Positions 18,672-28,050 of a stretch of DNA of 64,000 bases are shown here, piece after piece. Origin of the DNA: an uncultured Bacteroidota bacterium (GTDB lineage: Bacteria > Bacteroidota > Bacteroidia > Bacteroidales > WCHB1-69); NCBI GenBank assembly GCA_902796805.1, contig CADBQG010000070.1, positions 2,820 through 66,819 of the forward strand. The letters run 5' to 3'. The notes under the pieces are model-generated. The model saw only the letters and a program-made list of their open reading frames with translations. It ran no database searches and had not been told where the DNA came from. Every line of letters begins with the position of its first letter. Position 1 is the first letter of the stretch. The position numbers and the translations under genes were made by a program.

Positions 18672-20108
18672 ATGGAAGAACTATTTGAGACATCGGTTTC
18701 AGTGCTGACGGACATGGTCGGGGATTATGCGAAAAAGGGAATAGTCGGTTGCAGGCCGCTGGCCCAGTCGGGTTCGCGCCGCCGCTATTTCAGGTTCTGG
18801 CTCGATGATGGCACCACCATGATAGGGGCGTATAACGAGGATGTGGCTGAAAACAGAGCCTTTTTCACATATTCCGGCTTTTTTGCCGCAAAAGGCCTCA
18901 ACGTGCCTTCTGTGCTTCTTGTGCATGACGACAAGAAGCATTATCTTCTCAATGACCTTGGAGAGGAGACCTTGTACGACATTGTTTGCAAGACGAGGAG
19001 GGAGAATGCCTGCTTCGGGAGCGTAGTGGATCTGTACGAAAAGGTTGTCGCCGCGCTGCCGAAATTTCAGATGGCCGGCAAGGAGGGTATGGACCTGTCG
19101 GTGGCCTACCCGCGCGCCGCATTCGACCGCCAGTCGATGCAGTGGGACCTCAACTATTTCAAGTACTACTATCTGAAGATGGTAAACATACAGTTCAACG
19201 AACAGCTTCTCGAGGATGACTACCAGGCTTTCATGGACTATCTTCTCGAAGCCGACAGCGGCTATTTCCTTTACCGCGACTTCCAATCGAGGAACATAAT
19301 GGTGAATGACGGCGAGGTTTTCTTCATCGACTATCAGGGAGGACGGCGAGGCGCGTTGCAGTACGACATCGCGTCGCTGCTCTACGATGCAAAGGCGGAT
19401 CTCTCTCCCGAAACACGCGCCCATTTGTTAGACAAGTATTTGGATGAGTTAGGCAAATATGTTGACATAGACAGGGAAAAGTTCAGGTCGTATGTGGGCG
19501 CATTCTCTTTGATAAGAATCATGCAGGCCATGGGCGCATACGGTTATCGCGGCTATTTTGAAAGGAAGGCGCATTTCTTGCAGAGCATTCCCTATGCAAT
19601 AGAGAACTTGCGCAACCTTTTGAACAGCAATGCTTTGCCTGGAAATCTGCCCGAATTGGACAAGGTGCTTCATGCAGTTGTTGACAGTTACGTTCCGCAG
19701 CAAACGGCGGTTGGCGACTACCTGACCGTTGACGTTTGCAGTTTTTCGTATAAGAAGGGGATTCCGGAGGACAAGTCGGGGAACGGCGGCGGATTCGTGT
19801 TCGATTGCCGTGCGCTGCCAAACCCCGGGCGCGAGAGCGCATACCGTGACTTCACCGGCAGGGACGAATGTGTCAGGGAGTACCTGCTGAAGTATGATGA
19901 GGTGCGTGAATTTGAGAAGCATGTGGCCGGGCTTTTGGACATGTCGGTAGAGAACTATATAGAGCGCAAGTTCACCCATCTGTCAGTCGGTTTCGGCTGC
20001 ACGGGCGGACAGCACCGCTCGGTGTACTTTGCCGAGGCGGCGGCAGCGCATCTCAAAAAGAAGTTTCCTCAAATTGTTGTAAATCTGAAACATACCAATA
20101 TTCAATGA
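18672..20108 (+). CDS. fusion protein: APH/AmgK-type kinase domain plus RapZ C-terminal domain
   Basis: N-terminal two-thirds: LYRDFQSRNIMV...FFIDYQGGRRGALQYDIASLLYD (Brenner-type kinase motif and DxD-like loop). C-terminal third: SFSYKKGIP...FVFDCRALPNPGRE...FTGRD..V..YL...SVGFGCTGGQHRSVYFAE, which aligns motif by motif with E. coli RapZ residues about 155-284. No Walker A motif is present. Confidence 0.7.
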   Translation: MEELFETSVSVLTDMVGDYAKKGIVGCRPLAQSGSRRRYFRFWLDDGTTMIGAYNEDVAENRAFFTYSGFFAAKGLNVPSVLLVHDDKKHYLLNDLGEETLYDIVCKTRRENACFGSVVDLYEKVVAALPKFQMAGKEGMDLSVAYPRAAFDRQSMQWDLNYFKYYYLKMVNIQFNEQLLEDDYQAFMDYLLEADSGYFLYRDFQSRNIMVNDGEVFFIDYQGGRRGALQYDIASLLYDAKADLSPETRAHLLDKYLDELGKYVDIDREKFRSYVGAFSLIRIMQAMGAYGYRGYFERKAHFLQSIPYAIENLRNLLNSNALPGNLPELDKVLHAVVDSYVPQQTAVGDYLTVDVCSFSYKKGIPEDKSGNGGGFVFDCRALPNPGRESAYRDFTGRDECVREYLLKYDEVREFEKHVAGLLDMSVENYIERKFTHLSVGFGCTGGQHRSVYFAEAAAAHLKKKFPQIVVNLKHTNIQ

Positions 20109-21139
20109 AAGACATAAGGGAAGCAAGTTTTGAAGAACTGGAGAACTTTGTTGTCGGGTGCGGGGAGAAGAAGTTCCGCGCCAAGCAGATATGGGACTGG
20201 CTGTGGAAGCGAGGTGTTGCCTCTTTCCAAGACATGACCAATATTTCCGCAGGCTTCAGAGAGACCCTTGCCGGGAATTTTACGTTCCACGCGGCGAAAG
20301 TGGCCGATGAGGTCGTGAGCGGCGACAAGTCTGTGAAATTTGTCATAGAACTGCATGACGGGAAAGCTGTGGAGGGTGTCCTGATACCTCAAGGCGACAG
20401 AGTCACGGCGTGTGTTTCAACGCAGGTGGGCTGTCCGCTGAACTGTGCGTTCTGCGCCACCGGCACGATGGGCTTCGTCAGAAACCTGCATTACAGCGAA
20501 ATCGTCGACGAGTATCTTCTTCTTGACAGAAGGGCGGAGTCCATATATGGCAGGAAAATCACGAACATTGTCTATATGGGGATGGGTGAGCCACTGATAA
20601 ATGTGGAGAATACAGTGAAATCCGTGGAAATGCTCACATCCCAGGAGTCTTTCGGTCTCTCGCCGTCGCGGATAACGATTTCCACGGCCGGTGTTACAAA
20701 CGGAATCAGGACTCTTGCCGACAAAGATTTGCGTTGCGGACTGGCAATATCGCTGCACAGCGCAAACCCGGTTGTGAGAAGGGAGATTATGCCTGTGTCG
20801 AAGCGCAACAGTCTCGCCGACTTGCGTGAGGCTCTCGCTTATTACCACAAGAAGACGGGCGACAGGATAACCGTTGAATACCTTTTGCTGTCGGGTGTGA
20901 ACGACACAGAGGAGGATGCTGAGCAGCTGGCACGCTTTTGCAGGGCTTTTCCCGTGAAAATCAACATAATAGAGTACAACCCTACTGAAAATTCCTCGTT
21001 CATTAAGAGTTCCGTGCAAGACAGGGAGAGGTTTATAAATGTGCTGAAACGGTGCAACATGGTGGTGAATGTGCGTTTCAGCAAGGGTCGTGACATATCA
21101 GCGGCCTGCGGACAGCTCGTGAAGAAAAGGAAAGATTAG
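20105..21139 (+). CDS. rlmN: 23S rRNA/tRNA (adenine-C2)-methyltransferase RlmN
   Basis: FRAKQIWDWLW N-terminal motif and radical SAM CPLNCAFCATG. ATGA overlap with the upstream gene. Confidence 0.9.
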   Translation: MKDIREASFEELENFVVGCGEKKFRAKQIWDWLWKRGVASFQDMTNISAGFRETLAGNFTFHAAKVADEVVSGDKSVKFVIELHDGKAVEGVLIPQGDRVTACVSTQVGCPLNCAFCATGTMGFVRNLHYSEIVDEYLLLDRRAESIYGRKITNIVYMGMGEPLINVENTVKSVEMLTSQESFGLSPSRITISTAGVTNGIRTLADKDLRCGLAISLHSANPVVRREIMPVSKRNSLADLREALAYYHKKTGDRITVEYLLLSGVNDTEEDAEQLARFCRAFPVKINIIEYNPTENSSFIKSSVQDRERFINVLKRCNMVVNVRFSKGRDISAACGQLVKKRKD

Positions 21140-21975
21140 AAAGAGAACGTGTATTCCGCGCCTATAGTCCCGAAGAACCCCTTCTCTGTGGTGTAGGATT
21201 TCAGCTTTGTGCCCTCTGCGTTGGCGTCAACTACCTTGTCGTACAGATAGTCGCCCATGAAATAGAACGAAAGCTCGTTTTTCGAGTCAACTTTCACGTC
21301 GATGCCCGTGGCGCCGCGGTATCTGTTCACATACACGCCCTTGAAGCCGTCCAGAAACCATCCCGGCTCGCCTTTCTCGCTCCCTGAATCAGTTAAATAC
21401 GACGAGCCGTCAAAGTTGGCGTGAATGACGGGGGCGTTAAACACATTCCTGATTTCAAAATAGGCGAAAGGCGTAACTTTCCTGAACTTGTACTTGAAAG
21501 TGAGACGGCTTTTTAGTGTGAATGCGTTCCTTGGATTCTGATATTCGTTGAAGTCGCCCATGCGGTATGTCCACTGGAAGCGTTCTTTCAGAGCTATCGA
21601 GAAGTTTCCGAACTTTATACTTCCTGTAGCGTCGGCATACAGTCTGTGCCTCAGATTTCCGAAAGAGGATGTGGACGAGCTGTAGGGCGCGATAAGCACG
21701 TACCCGACACCGCACTTGAAGTAGTTGTTTACCTTGTAGCTTGCGCCCAAGGTTGTCTGTAGGCGTTGGAATCCCCTGAAATTGTTGTCAAATCGAGCCT
21801 CTTCCTCGAGGGATATGTGAAGGCCTTTTATGATTTTCTTGTCAACGGCGGCGGAAATGCGGGCGCCGAATTCAGGGTCGAGCCTGACGTCGGTCTGCGT
21901 GAATGCCGGCATTGTGCACAGCACTGCCATCATCGCTAACAAAACGGTTTTTCTGCTTGTTATACCATGTGTCAT
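21136..21975 (-). CDS. outer-membrane beta-barrel protein, DUF2490-like
   Basis: Signal peptide (LLAMMAVLCTMPAFTQ), alternating beta-strand pattern and a C-terminal aromatic (YTFSF). The family assignment is from memory only. Confidence 0.5.
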   Translation of the reverse strand: MTHGITSRKTVLLAMMAVLCTMPAFTQTDVRLDPEFGARISAAVDKKIIKGLHISLEEEARFDNNFRGFQRLQTTLGASYKVNNYFKCGVGYVLIAPYSSSTSSFGNLRHRLYADATGSIKFGNFSIALKERFQWTYRMGDFNEYQNPRNAFTLKSRLTFKYKFRKVTPFAYFEIRNVFNAPVIHANFDGSSYLTDSGSEKGEPGWFLDGFKGVYVNRYRGATGIDVKVDSKNELSFYFMGDYLYDKVVDANAEGTKLKSYTTEKGFFGTIGAEYTFSF

Positions 21976-21995
21976 GATTCTTTGTGTATTCTGTT

Positions 21996-22053
21996 AAAAA
22001 CAGTAACGCGAAGGTGCCATTTTTTATTATCTTTGCAGAAAAAAAACAGTAAC
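21996..22053. repeat. 12-bp direct repeat aaaaacagtaac (x2) bracketing the yitT -7 box
   Basis: Exact copies lie at 21996-22007 and 22042-22053, flanking TATCTTTG at 22028-22035. Confidence 0.5.
22028..22035 (+). promoter_or_regulatory. -7 promoter box TATCTTTG for yitT-ispE
   Basis: tatctttg lies 24 nt upstream of ATG 22059. Confidence 0.55.
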
Positions 22054-22058
22054 TGAAT

Positions 22059-22934
22059 ATGAGTGTCAGGATTACTAGAAATGATGTCATCAGGGAGGCC
22101 AAGAATTACTTTTTCATTGTTGTCGGACTGGCCTTTTTCGCATTCGGATGGTCGGCGTTTCTAATACCGTACGGTGTTGCCGGCGGCGGTGTTGCCGGTG
22201 CGGCCTCAATAATCTATTTTGCGAACAACTCGATACCTGTGGGCCTTACAACCTTCCTGATGAACGCCATTCTCATTGGCATAGCCTGGAAGATACTCGG
22301 TCCTAAATTTTGTGTCAACTCTCTGATATGCACCTTTATACTCGGTGGATTGTTTTACGTGTTCCAGATGTATATCACAGAACCGCTCGTCGACGACATG
22401 TTCATGAGCGTGATAATCGGCTCGGCTATCTCGGCCTTTGGGATAGGTATGTCTATAAACTGGGGAGGCAACACCGGCGGTGTGGACATCATAGCCCTGA
22501 TGGTGGGTAAATACCGCAGCATTTCGTATGGAAAGATAAGTCTCTCAGTCAATTTTATCATTGTTGGAAGTTCGTATTTCATCTTCCACGATGTGCAGCG
22601 GCTTGTGTACAGTTTTGTTGTTTTGTTCGTGTCGATAATCGTCTCCGACTTGGTCATCGACGGCTACAGGCAGACCTATCAGTTCATGGTTTTCTCGAAG
22701 AAGAATGAAGATATAGCCAAGCAGATAAACACAAAATTACACAGAGGAGCCACGTTTCTGAGAGGTTATGGCTCGTTCAACCACCAGGAAAGCGATGTGC
22801 TGCTGATTGTGGCGCACAAGACAGACAAGTCGGAGATAACCAGGATTATAAAGGAATTGGATCCAGACGCTTTCATAACTATATCGAAAACAGCAAGTGT
22901 GTTCGGCAAAAACTTCGACAACATAAAGATATGA
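22059..22934 (+). CDS. YitT family membrane protein (DUF2179 C-terminal domain)
   Basis: FFIVVGLAFFAFGWSAFLIPYGVAGGGVAGAA is the typical YitT N-terminus. It has several TM helices plus a soluble C-terminal domain. Confidence 0.8.
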   Translation: MSVRITRNDVIREAKNYFFIVVGLAFFAFGWSAFLIPYGVAGGGVAGAASIIYFANNSIPVGLTTFLMNAILIGIAWKILGPKFCVNSLICTFILGGLFYVFQMYITEPLVDDMFMSVIIGSAISAFGIGMSINWGGNTGGVDIIALMVGKYRSISYGKISLSVNFIIVGSSYFIFHDVQRLVYSFVVLFVSIIVSDLVIDGYRQTYQFMVFSKKNEDIAKQINTKLHRGATFLRGYGSFNHQESDVLLIVAHKTDKSEITRIIKELDPDAFITISKTASVFGKNFDNIKI

Positions 22935-23716
22935 CACAGACGGGAAGGAGCATCTCTGTCGAAGTTAACGCAAAGGTTAACATAGGGCTGCAGATTGTGG
23001 AGAAGCGTCCAGACGGGTATCACAATCTTCAGACCATATTCTATCCTACTGATTTTTTCCACGACTTAATGACTGTGAGGAGGGTTGCCGGCGGCTTCAC
23101 GCTCGACATTGACAGTACGGAAGATATTGGCGATGTTGAGAGCAATCTCTGCACGAAGGCTTTCAGGCTTTTGCAGAAGGACTTCGGGATTTCCGGTGTG
23201 GAGATTTCGTTGAGGAAGGGGATACCGTCGGGTGCCGGACTCGGGGGCGGCTCCGCCGACGCAGCCGCAACGCTTAGGCTTCTCGATGACCTGTTCTGCC
23301 TGTCGATTCCCATGGACAGAATGCAGGAATATGCTCTGCAATTGGGCAGCGATGTTCCCTTCTTCATTCTGAACGAGCCCGTATATGCCACCGGCCGCGG
23401 CGAGATAATGACGCCTGTTAGTCTGGATCTCTCCGCATACAAGTTGAAAATTGTAAAGCCGGAAATAAGCATTTCAACAAGGGAGGCATACGGAGGTGTT
23501 ACTCCAAAACTGCCGTCAATATCGCTTGTTGAAGCTGTAAAACGACCGGTTGAAAAATGGAAAAATCTGATAGTCAATGATTTTGAGGAGAGTTTGTTTG
23601 AAAAATACCCGTTGTTGGCGGAGACGAAGCAGAAGCTCTATGACGAAGGTGCGGTCTATGCCTCGATGTCGGGCAGCGGGTCGGCCTGCTTCGGTCTGTT
23701 CAACGCTGCCAGTTGA
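22931..23716 (+). CDS. ispE: 4-(cytidine 5'-diphospho)-2-C-methyl-D-erythritol kinase
   Basis: KVNIGLQIVEKRPDGYHNL and the GHMP kinase motif GIPSGAGLGGGSADAAA. Confidence 0.9.
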   Translation: MTQTGRSISVEVNAKVNIGLQIVEKRPDGYHNLQTIFYPTDFFHDLMTVRRVAGGFTLDIDSTEDIGDVESNLCTKAFRLLQKDFGISGVEISLRKGIPSGAGLGGGSADAAATLRLLDDLFCLSIPMDRMQEYALQLGSDVPFFILNEPVYATGRGEIMTPVSLDLSAYKLKIVKPEISISTREAYGGVTPKLPSISLVEAVKRPVEKWKNLIVNDFEESLFEKYPLLAETKQKLYDEGAVYASMSGSGSACFGLFNAAS

Positions 23717-23737
23717 CGGCCAACTTCATTTTTTTTA

Positions 23738-23745
23738 TAATTTTG
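23738..23745 (+). promoter_or_regulatory. -7 promoter box TAATTTTG for the aminotransferase/acetyltransferase/T9SS-cargo chain
   Basis: taattttg lies 22 nt upstream of ATG 23767. It sits inside the TTG-initiated extension of the ORF-track model (23713), which argues for the ATG 23767 start. Confidence 0.5.
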
Positions 23746-23766
23746 CACGTTTTTTACGGTAAGGAA

Positions 23767-24891
23767 ATGAACTGCATACAGATGGTTGACTTGAAAGGAC
23801 AGCACGATCGCATAAGAGATGAGATTGACGCTGCTGTGTTGGAAGTCATGGCTTCTGGCAGTTATATTCAGGGTCCGGCAGTGGAGGAATTCGAACTTGG
23901 CCTGGCAAGATATGTCGGTTCGCGGCATGTAGTGTCGTGCGCAAGCGGCACCGACGCGCTGACTGCCGCGCTCATGGCCGCAGGAATCACCGCCGGCGAC
24001 GAAGTCATCACAACGCCGTTCACGTTTTTCGCAACCGCCGGGGCCGTTGTGCGTGTCGGCGCGAAACCTGTTTTCGTTGACATCTGCGAAGACACATTCA
24101 ACATCAACCCCAACCTCATTGAAGAGAAGATAACCCGCAGGACGAAAGCGGTGATTCCGGTGCACCTCTTCGGGCAGTGCGCCGACATGGAGCCGATTCT
24201 TGCCATAGCCGCCCGCCACAACCTCGTAGTCATAGAGGACGCCTGCCAGGCCCTTGGCGCGGAATATACCTTCTCTGACGGGACTGTGAGGCAGGCCGGC
24301 ACAATGGGTCTCCTTGGCTGCACGTCGTTCTTCCCTACAAAGAACCTCGGCTGCTGCGGCGACGGCGGCGCGGTAATGACCAACGACCAGAACCTTGCCG
24401 AAAAAGTCAGGATGATATGTCACCACGGCTCGAAAGAAAAGTATTTCCATGAAATGTTCGGGATGAACTCCCGCCTCGACACCGTTCAGGCCGCAGTGTT
24501 GAACGTGAAGCTTAAACACTTCGACGAGTACATTTCGGCGCGGCGAAGGGCGGCGGGACATTATTTGAATGAACTTGCCGGATGTGCCGGCGTGCAACTG
24601 CCGGTTCTGTCGGAAAAATCAACGCACACCTTTCACCAGTTTACTGTCAAGGTGGATGCAGGAATGCGGGACTCTTTCAGGGAACTTTTGAAACGGAACG
24701 GAATCCCCACAACGGTGTATTACCCTCTTCCGGTGCATTTGCAGAGATGTTTTTCCCCGGAGCACGGCACCGGTTCATTTCCGTGTTCGGAAAGAGTGTG
24801 TCGTGAGGTTGTGTCGTTGCCGATGCATACTGAGTTGGATGACTCGCAGCTGCAATATATATGCCAAACAATCGTTAGTAGTCAGCTATGA
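23767..24891 (+). CDS. DegT/DnrJ/EryC1/StrS family sugar aminotransferase (WbpE/PorR-like)
   Basis: [33 protein letters not shown]-terminus and [15 protein letters not shown] containing the PLP-Lys (K). I trimmed the start from the ORF-track TTG 23713 to ATG 23767. Confidence 0.85.
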   Translation: MNCIQMVDLKGQHDRIRDEIDAAVLEVMASGSYIQGPAVEEFELGLARYVGSRHVVSCASGTDALTAALMAAGITAGDEVITTPFTFFATAGAVVRVGAKPVFVDICEDTFNINPNLIEEKITRRTKAVIPVHLFGQCADMEPILAIAARHNLVVIEDACQALGAEYTFSDGTVRQAGTMGLLGCTSFFPTKNLGCCGDGGAVMTNDQNLAEKVRMICHHGSKEKYFHEMFGMNSRLDTVQAAVLNVKLKHFDEYISARRRAAGHYLNELAGCAGVQLPVLSEKSTHTFHQFTVKVDAGMRDSFRELLKRNGIPTTVYYPLPVHLQRCFSPEHGTGSFPCSERVCREVVSLPMHTELDDSQLQYICQTIVSSQL

Positions 24892-25475
24892 AGGAGTATT
24901 TTGTTCACGAAACTGCAATATTGGACGAAGGGTGTGAGATAGGCGGGAACACCAGGATATGGCACTTCTCGCATGTGATGGCAGGTGCCAGGATAGGCAG
25001 GAACTGCGTTGTCGGGCAGAATGTCATGATTGGCAGTGGGGTTGTGCTTGGCGACAATGTCAAAATACAGAACAATGTCTCGGTATATGCCGGGGTTACG
25101 TGCGAGGATGATGTATTCCTCGGACCGTCGATGGTTTTTACTAATGTTCTGAACCCGAGGGCTTTCATCGAGCGGAAGAGTGAATTTCGTAAAACTCTTG
25201 TTAAGCGCGGCGCTACAATAGGTGCCAACGCCACTGTGGTGTGCGGGCACACAATAGGTGAATATGCTATGATCGGCGCCGGCGCGGTGGTGACGACGGA
25301 TGTCCCGGATTTTGCGTTAGTGGTGGGCAACCCCGCCCGGCAGTCGGGCTGGGTGAGTGAGCGCGGATGCCGCCTGCAGTTCAACGGCGACGGCGTTGCC
25401 GTGTGCCCGGAGAGCCTCGAAAAGTACAGGCTCGTTGAAGGAAAGGTAATAAAGGTCTGCGGCGATGAGAGTTAG
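24888..25475 (+). CDS. hexapeptide-repeat sugar N-acetyltransferase (WbpD/WlbB-like)
   Basis: Left-handed beta-helix repeats ([32 protein letters not shown]...). The N-terminal [15 protein letters not shown] resembles WbpD-type enzymes. ATGA overlap with the aminotransferase. Confidence 0.75.
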   Translation: MKEYFVHETAILDEGCEIGGNTRIWHFSHVMAGARIGRNCVVGQNVMIGSGVVLGDNVKIQNNVSVYAGVTCEDDVFLGPSMVFTNVLNPRAFIERKSEFRKTLVKRGATIGANATVVCGHTIGEYAMIGAGAVVTTDVPDFALVVGNPARQSGWVSERGCRLQFNGDGVAVCPESLEKYRLVEGKVIKVCGDES

Positions 25476-28047
25476 GATACGCCATACGGTTCTTGTTGTA
25501 GCGTTCATGCTGACAATGGCAGTGTGTTACGCCACGCACCAGCGCGCGGGAGAGATTAGCTACAGATATGTCTCTGGCCTGACATACGAGTTCACTATCA
25601 CCACTTACACATATACTCCAAGTCCCGCCGACCGTCCCGAAATAGAGGTTTTCTGGGGCGACGGCACATCTACGGTAATAGAGCGCAGCAGCAAGGTCAA
25701 CCTCGGCAATGACGTGAGCAGGAACACTTACATCTCGGAACACACTTTCTCTGCGGCAGGAACCTTTCATGTTACTTTTGAAGACCCTAACAGGAATGCG
25801 GGAATTGTAAACATTCCGAGTTCTGTTGAGATACCGTTCTTTATTGAGACTATACTGGTTATCAATCCGTTCATAGGTGGAAATTCCTCGCCCCGGCTTC
25901 TGAACCCTCCATTGGACAATGGGTGCGTTAACACTCCGTACTACCATAATCCCGGCGCGTTTGACGACGACGGCGACAGCCTGACTTTCAGTCTGATAAA
26001 CTGTAGGGGACTTGATGGAGAGGACATACCGGGATATTCTCTGCCGTTCGCCTCGAATTTCATAGAGATTGACAGGGTTACCGGCGAGTTCGTGTGGGAC
26101 TCGCCCACGCTTGCCGGTGAGTACAACGTGGCCATCCTCATTGAGGAGTGGCGCAACGGCATGGTGGTGAGCAGCATGGTGAGAGACATGCAGATTACCA
26201 TTGCCCCGTGCAACAACCGCCCTCCTGTTGTGGAGGTTGAGGATACATGCGTTGTGGCTGGAAGTCGTGTCGACCTGTTGGTTAAAGTGTCAGACGAAAC
26301 CTCCAAGTTCGTTACATTGACTGCCACTGGCGAGCCTTTGTTGCTTGACGAGTCGCCTGCAGTCTTCTCCCAAATAACCGACAGCGTTACATATTTCACC
26401 CATTTTGTATGGCAAACCACATGCAACCATATAAAGAAAACGCCGTATGAAATGCTGTTCAAGGCAAAAGACAACGGCCCGCAGGTTGAACTTGTATCTT
26501 TCAAAACATTGAGGATTCGTGTTATACCCCCGGCTCCGGAAAACCTGAATGCCGTTCCGGAAGGGAATGTGATTATGTTGGATTGGTCGCCAGACAGGTG
26601 TTCCAATGCGGTTGGATATGATGTTTACAGAAGAACAAACCACGACGAGTTCGAGCCTGACTCATGTCAGACAGGGCTTCCAGACGAGGCGGGCTACGTG
26701 AAGGTCGGCACAACAAACGGATGGACCGACACTGTGTTCACCGACGACGGGTCGGTGTATCCGATATATCACGGGAACATCTATTGTTATCGCGTGGTGG
26801 CGCTATTTCCTGACGGGTCTGAAAGTGTTGTTTCCGAGCGAATATGCGCCAGTATCGCCAACGACGCGCCAGTGATAGTTAACGCCGATGTGGCAATCAC
26901 CGACAGCGCAGCGGGGCAGGTGATAGTGGGTTGGCTGTTCCCTCCTGAACTGGACTCAATTGCATTTCCGCCGCCGTACCATTTTGATGTGTACAGAGAC
27001 GGCGTGCCAGTGCATACTGTCCAGGCTTCCGAAAACCAGTACGACACACTTTATTACTTGGATTATAACCTGAACACTTTTGACAGCTCTCATTCATACT
27101 ATGTGACAATCTCTAACCACGACACTGTTATTGAAAAGTCAAACAGTGCGAAAACGATTTTTCTGACTCTTGTGCCTTCAGACAGGCGGATAACTCTTTT
27201 CTGGGACAATGTACAACCTTGGAACAATGTGGACTATGTGATATACAGATATAATTCCCATATTCATTCATGGGATTCCATAACAACCGCCCGGTCAAGG
27301 TTTTATACCGACTATAACCTTGTAAACGGGCAGGAATATTGTTATCACGTAAAAGCAAGAGGCTACTACTTGGTTCCCGACACCATCGGGCCGCTTTTCA
27401 ACCGTTCGCAGGAAAGGTGCGCGACACCGTTCGACAACGAACCGCCCGAAATGCCCGTCATAAGCGTTTCCAGCGACTGCCAGAGCGTTGAGTTCGACTG
27501 GGTTTTCAGTTCCGATACGGCAGCGTCCGACGCGGTGCGCTACTACATATACTACAAGCCAACGCCCAATTCCGACTTTGCATGCATCGACTCTTTCGAA
27601 AATGCGCAAGTTTGTTATCCCGAACCTTGCAGTTACTCCATAGCGGGGCAGTCCTCAGAGTTGCTTGTCGGCTGTTTCGCGATGCGCGTTGCCGACAGCA
27701 ATCATAACCGCACCAATCTGTCGGATTCGGTTTGTATGGATGTGTTCGACTGCCTGGAATACAGTCTGCCAAACATATTCACGCCCAATTCCGACGGCGT
27801 GAACGACATCTACACCCCGATATATCCTTATTTTGGAGTGTACAAGATAGACATCGACATATTCGACAGGTGGGGAAAACGAGTCTTCAGGTCGAACAAT
27901 CCTGACATCTTGTGGGATGGCACTGACGAAACGACTAAGCTACCTTGTCCCGACGGGGTTTACTTCTACGGCTGCAGGCTTTATGTACGCACTCTTACAG
28001 GCGAGACGGCCTTTCTTCTCAACGGCTCAATCACTTTGGTCAGGTAG
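25465..28047 (+). CDS. T9SS type-B CTD surface protein with cadherin-like/FN3-like domains
   Basis: Signal peptide, then [12 protein letters not shown]...[16 protein letters not shown] is a cadherin-like motif. The C-terminus is [16 protein letters not shown]...FDRWGKRVF...WDG...GVYFY...GSITLVR. The start overlaps the acetyltransferase gene by 11 nt. Confidence 0.85.
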   Translation: MRVRIRHTVLVVAFMLTMAVCYATHQRAGEISYRYVSGLTYEFTITTYTYTPSPADRPEIEVFWGDGTSTVIERSSKVNLGNDVSRNTYISEHTFSAAGTFHVTFEDPNRNAGIVNIPSSVEIPFFIETILVINPFIGGNSSPRLLNPPLDNGCVNTPYYHNPGAFDDDGDSLTFSLINCRGLDGEDIPGYSLPFASNFIEIDRVTGEFVWDSPTLAGEYNVAILIEEWRNGMVVSSMVRDMQITIAPCNNRPPVVEVEDTCVVAGSRVDLLVKVSDETSKFVTLTATGEPLLLDESPAVFSQITDSVTYFTHFVWQTTCNHIKKTPYEMLFKAKDNGPQVELVSFKTLRIRVIPPAPENLNAVPEGNVIMLDWSPDRCSNAVGYDVYRRTNHDEFEPDSCQTGLPDEAGYVKVGTTNGWTDTVFTDDGSVYPIYHGNIYCYRVVALFPDGSESVVSERICASIANDAPVIVNADVAITDSAAGQVIVGWLFPPELDSIAFPPPYHFDVYRDGVPVHTVQASENQYDTLYYLDYNLNTFDSSHSYYVTISNHDTVIEKSNSAKTIFLTLVPSDRRITLFWDNVQPWNNVDYVIYRYNSHIHSWDSITTARSRFYTDYNLVNGQEYCYHVKARGYYLVPDTIGPLFNRSQERCATPFDNEPPEMPVISVSSDCQSVEFDWVFSSDTAASDAVRYYIYYKPTPNSDFACIDSFENAQVCYPEPCSYSIAGQSSELLVGCFAMRVADSNHNRTNLSDSVCMDVFDCLEYSLPNIFTPNSDGVNDIYTPIYPYFGVYKIDIDIFDRWGKRVFRSNNPDILWDGTDETTKLPCPDGVYFYGCRLYVRTLTGETAFLLNGSITLVR

Positions 28048-28050
28048 TGG

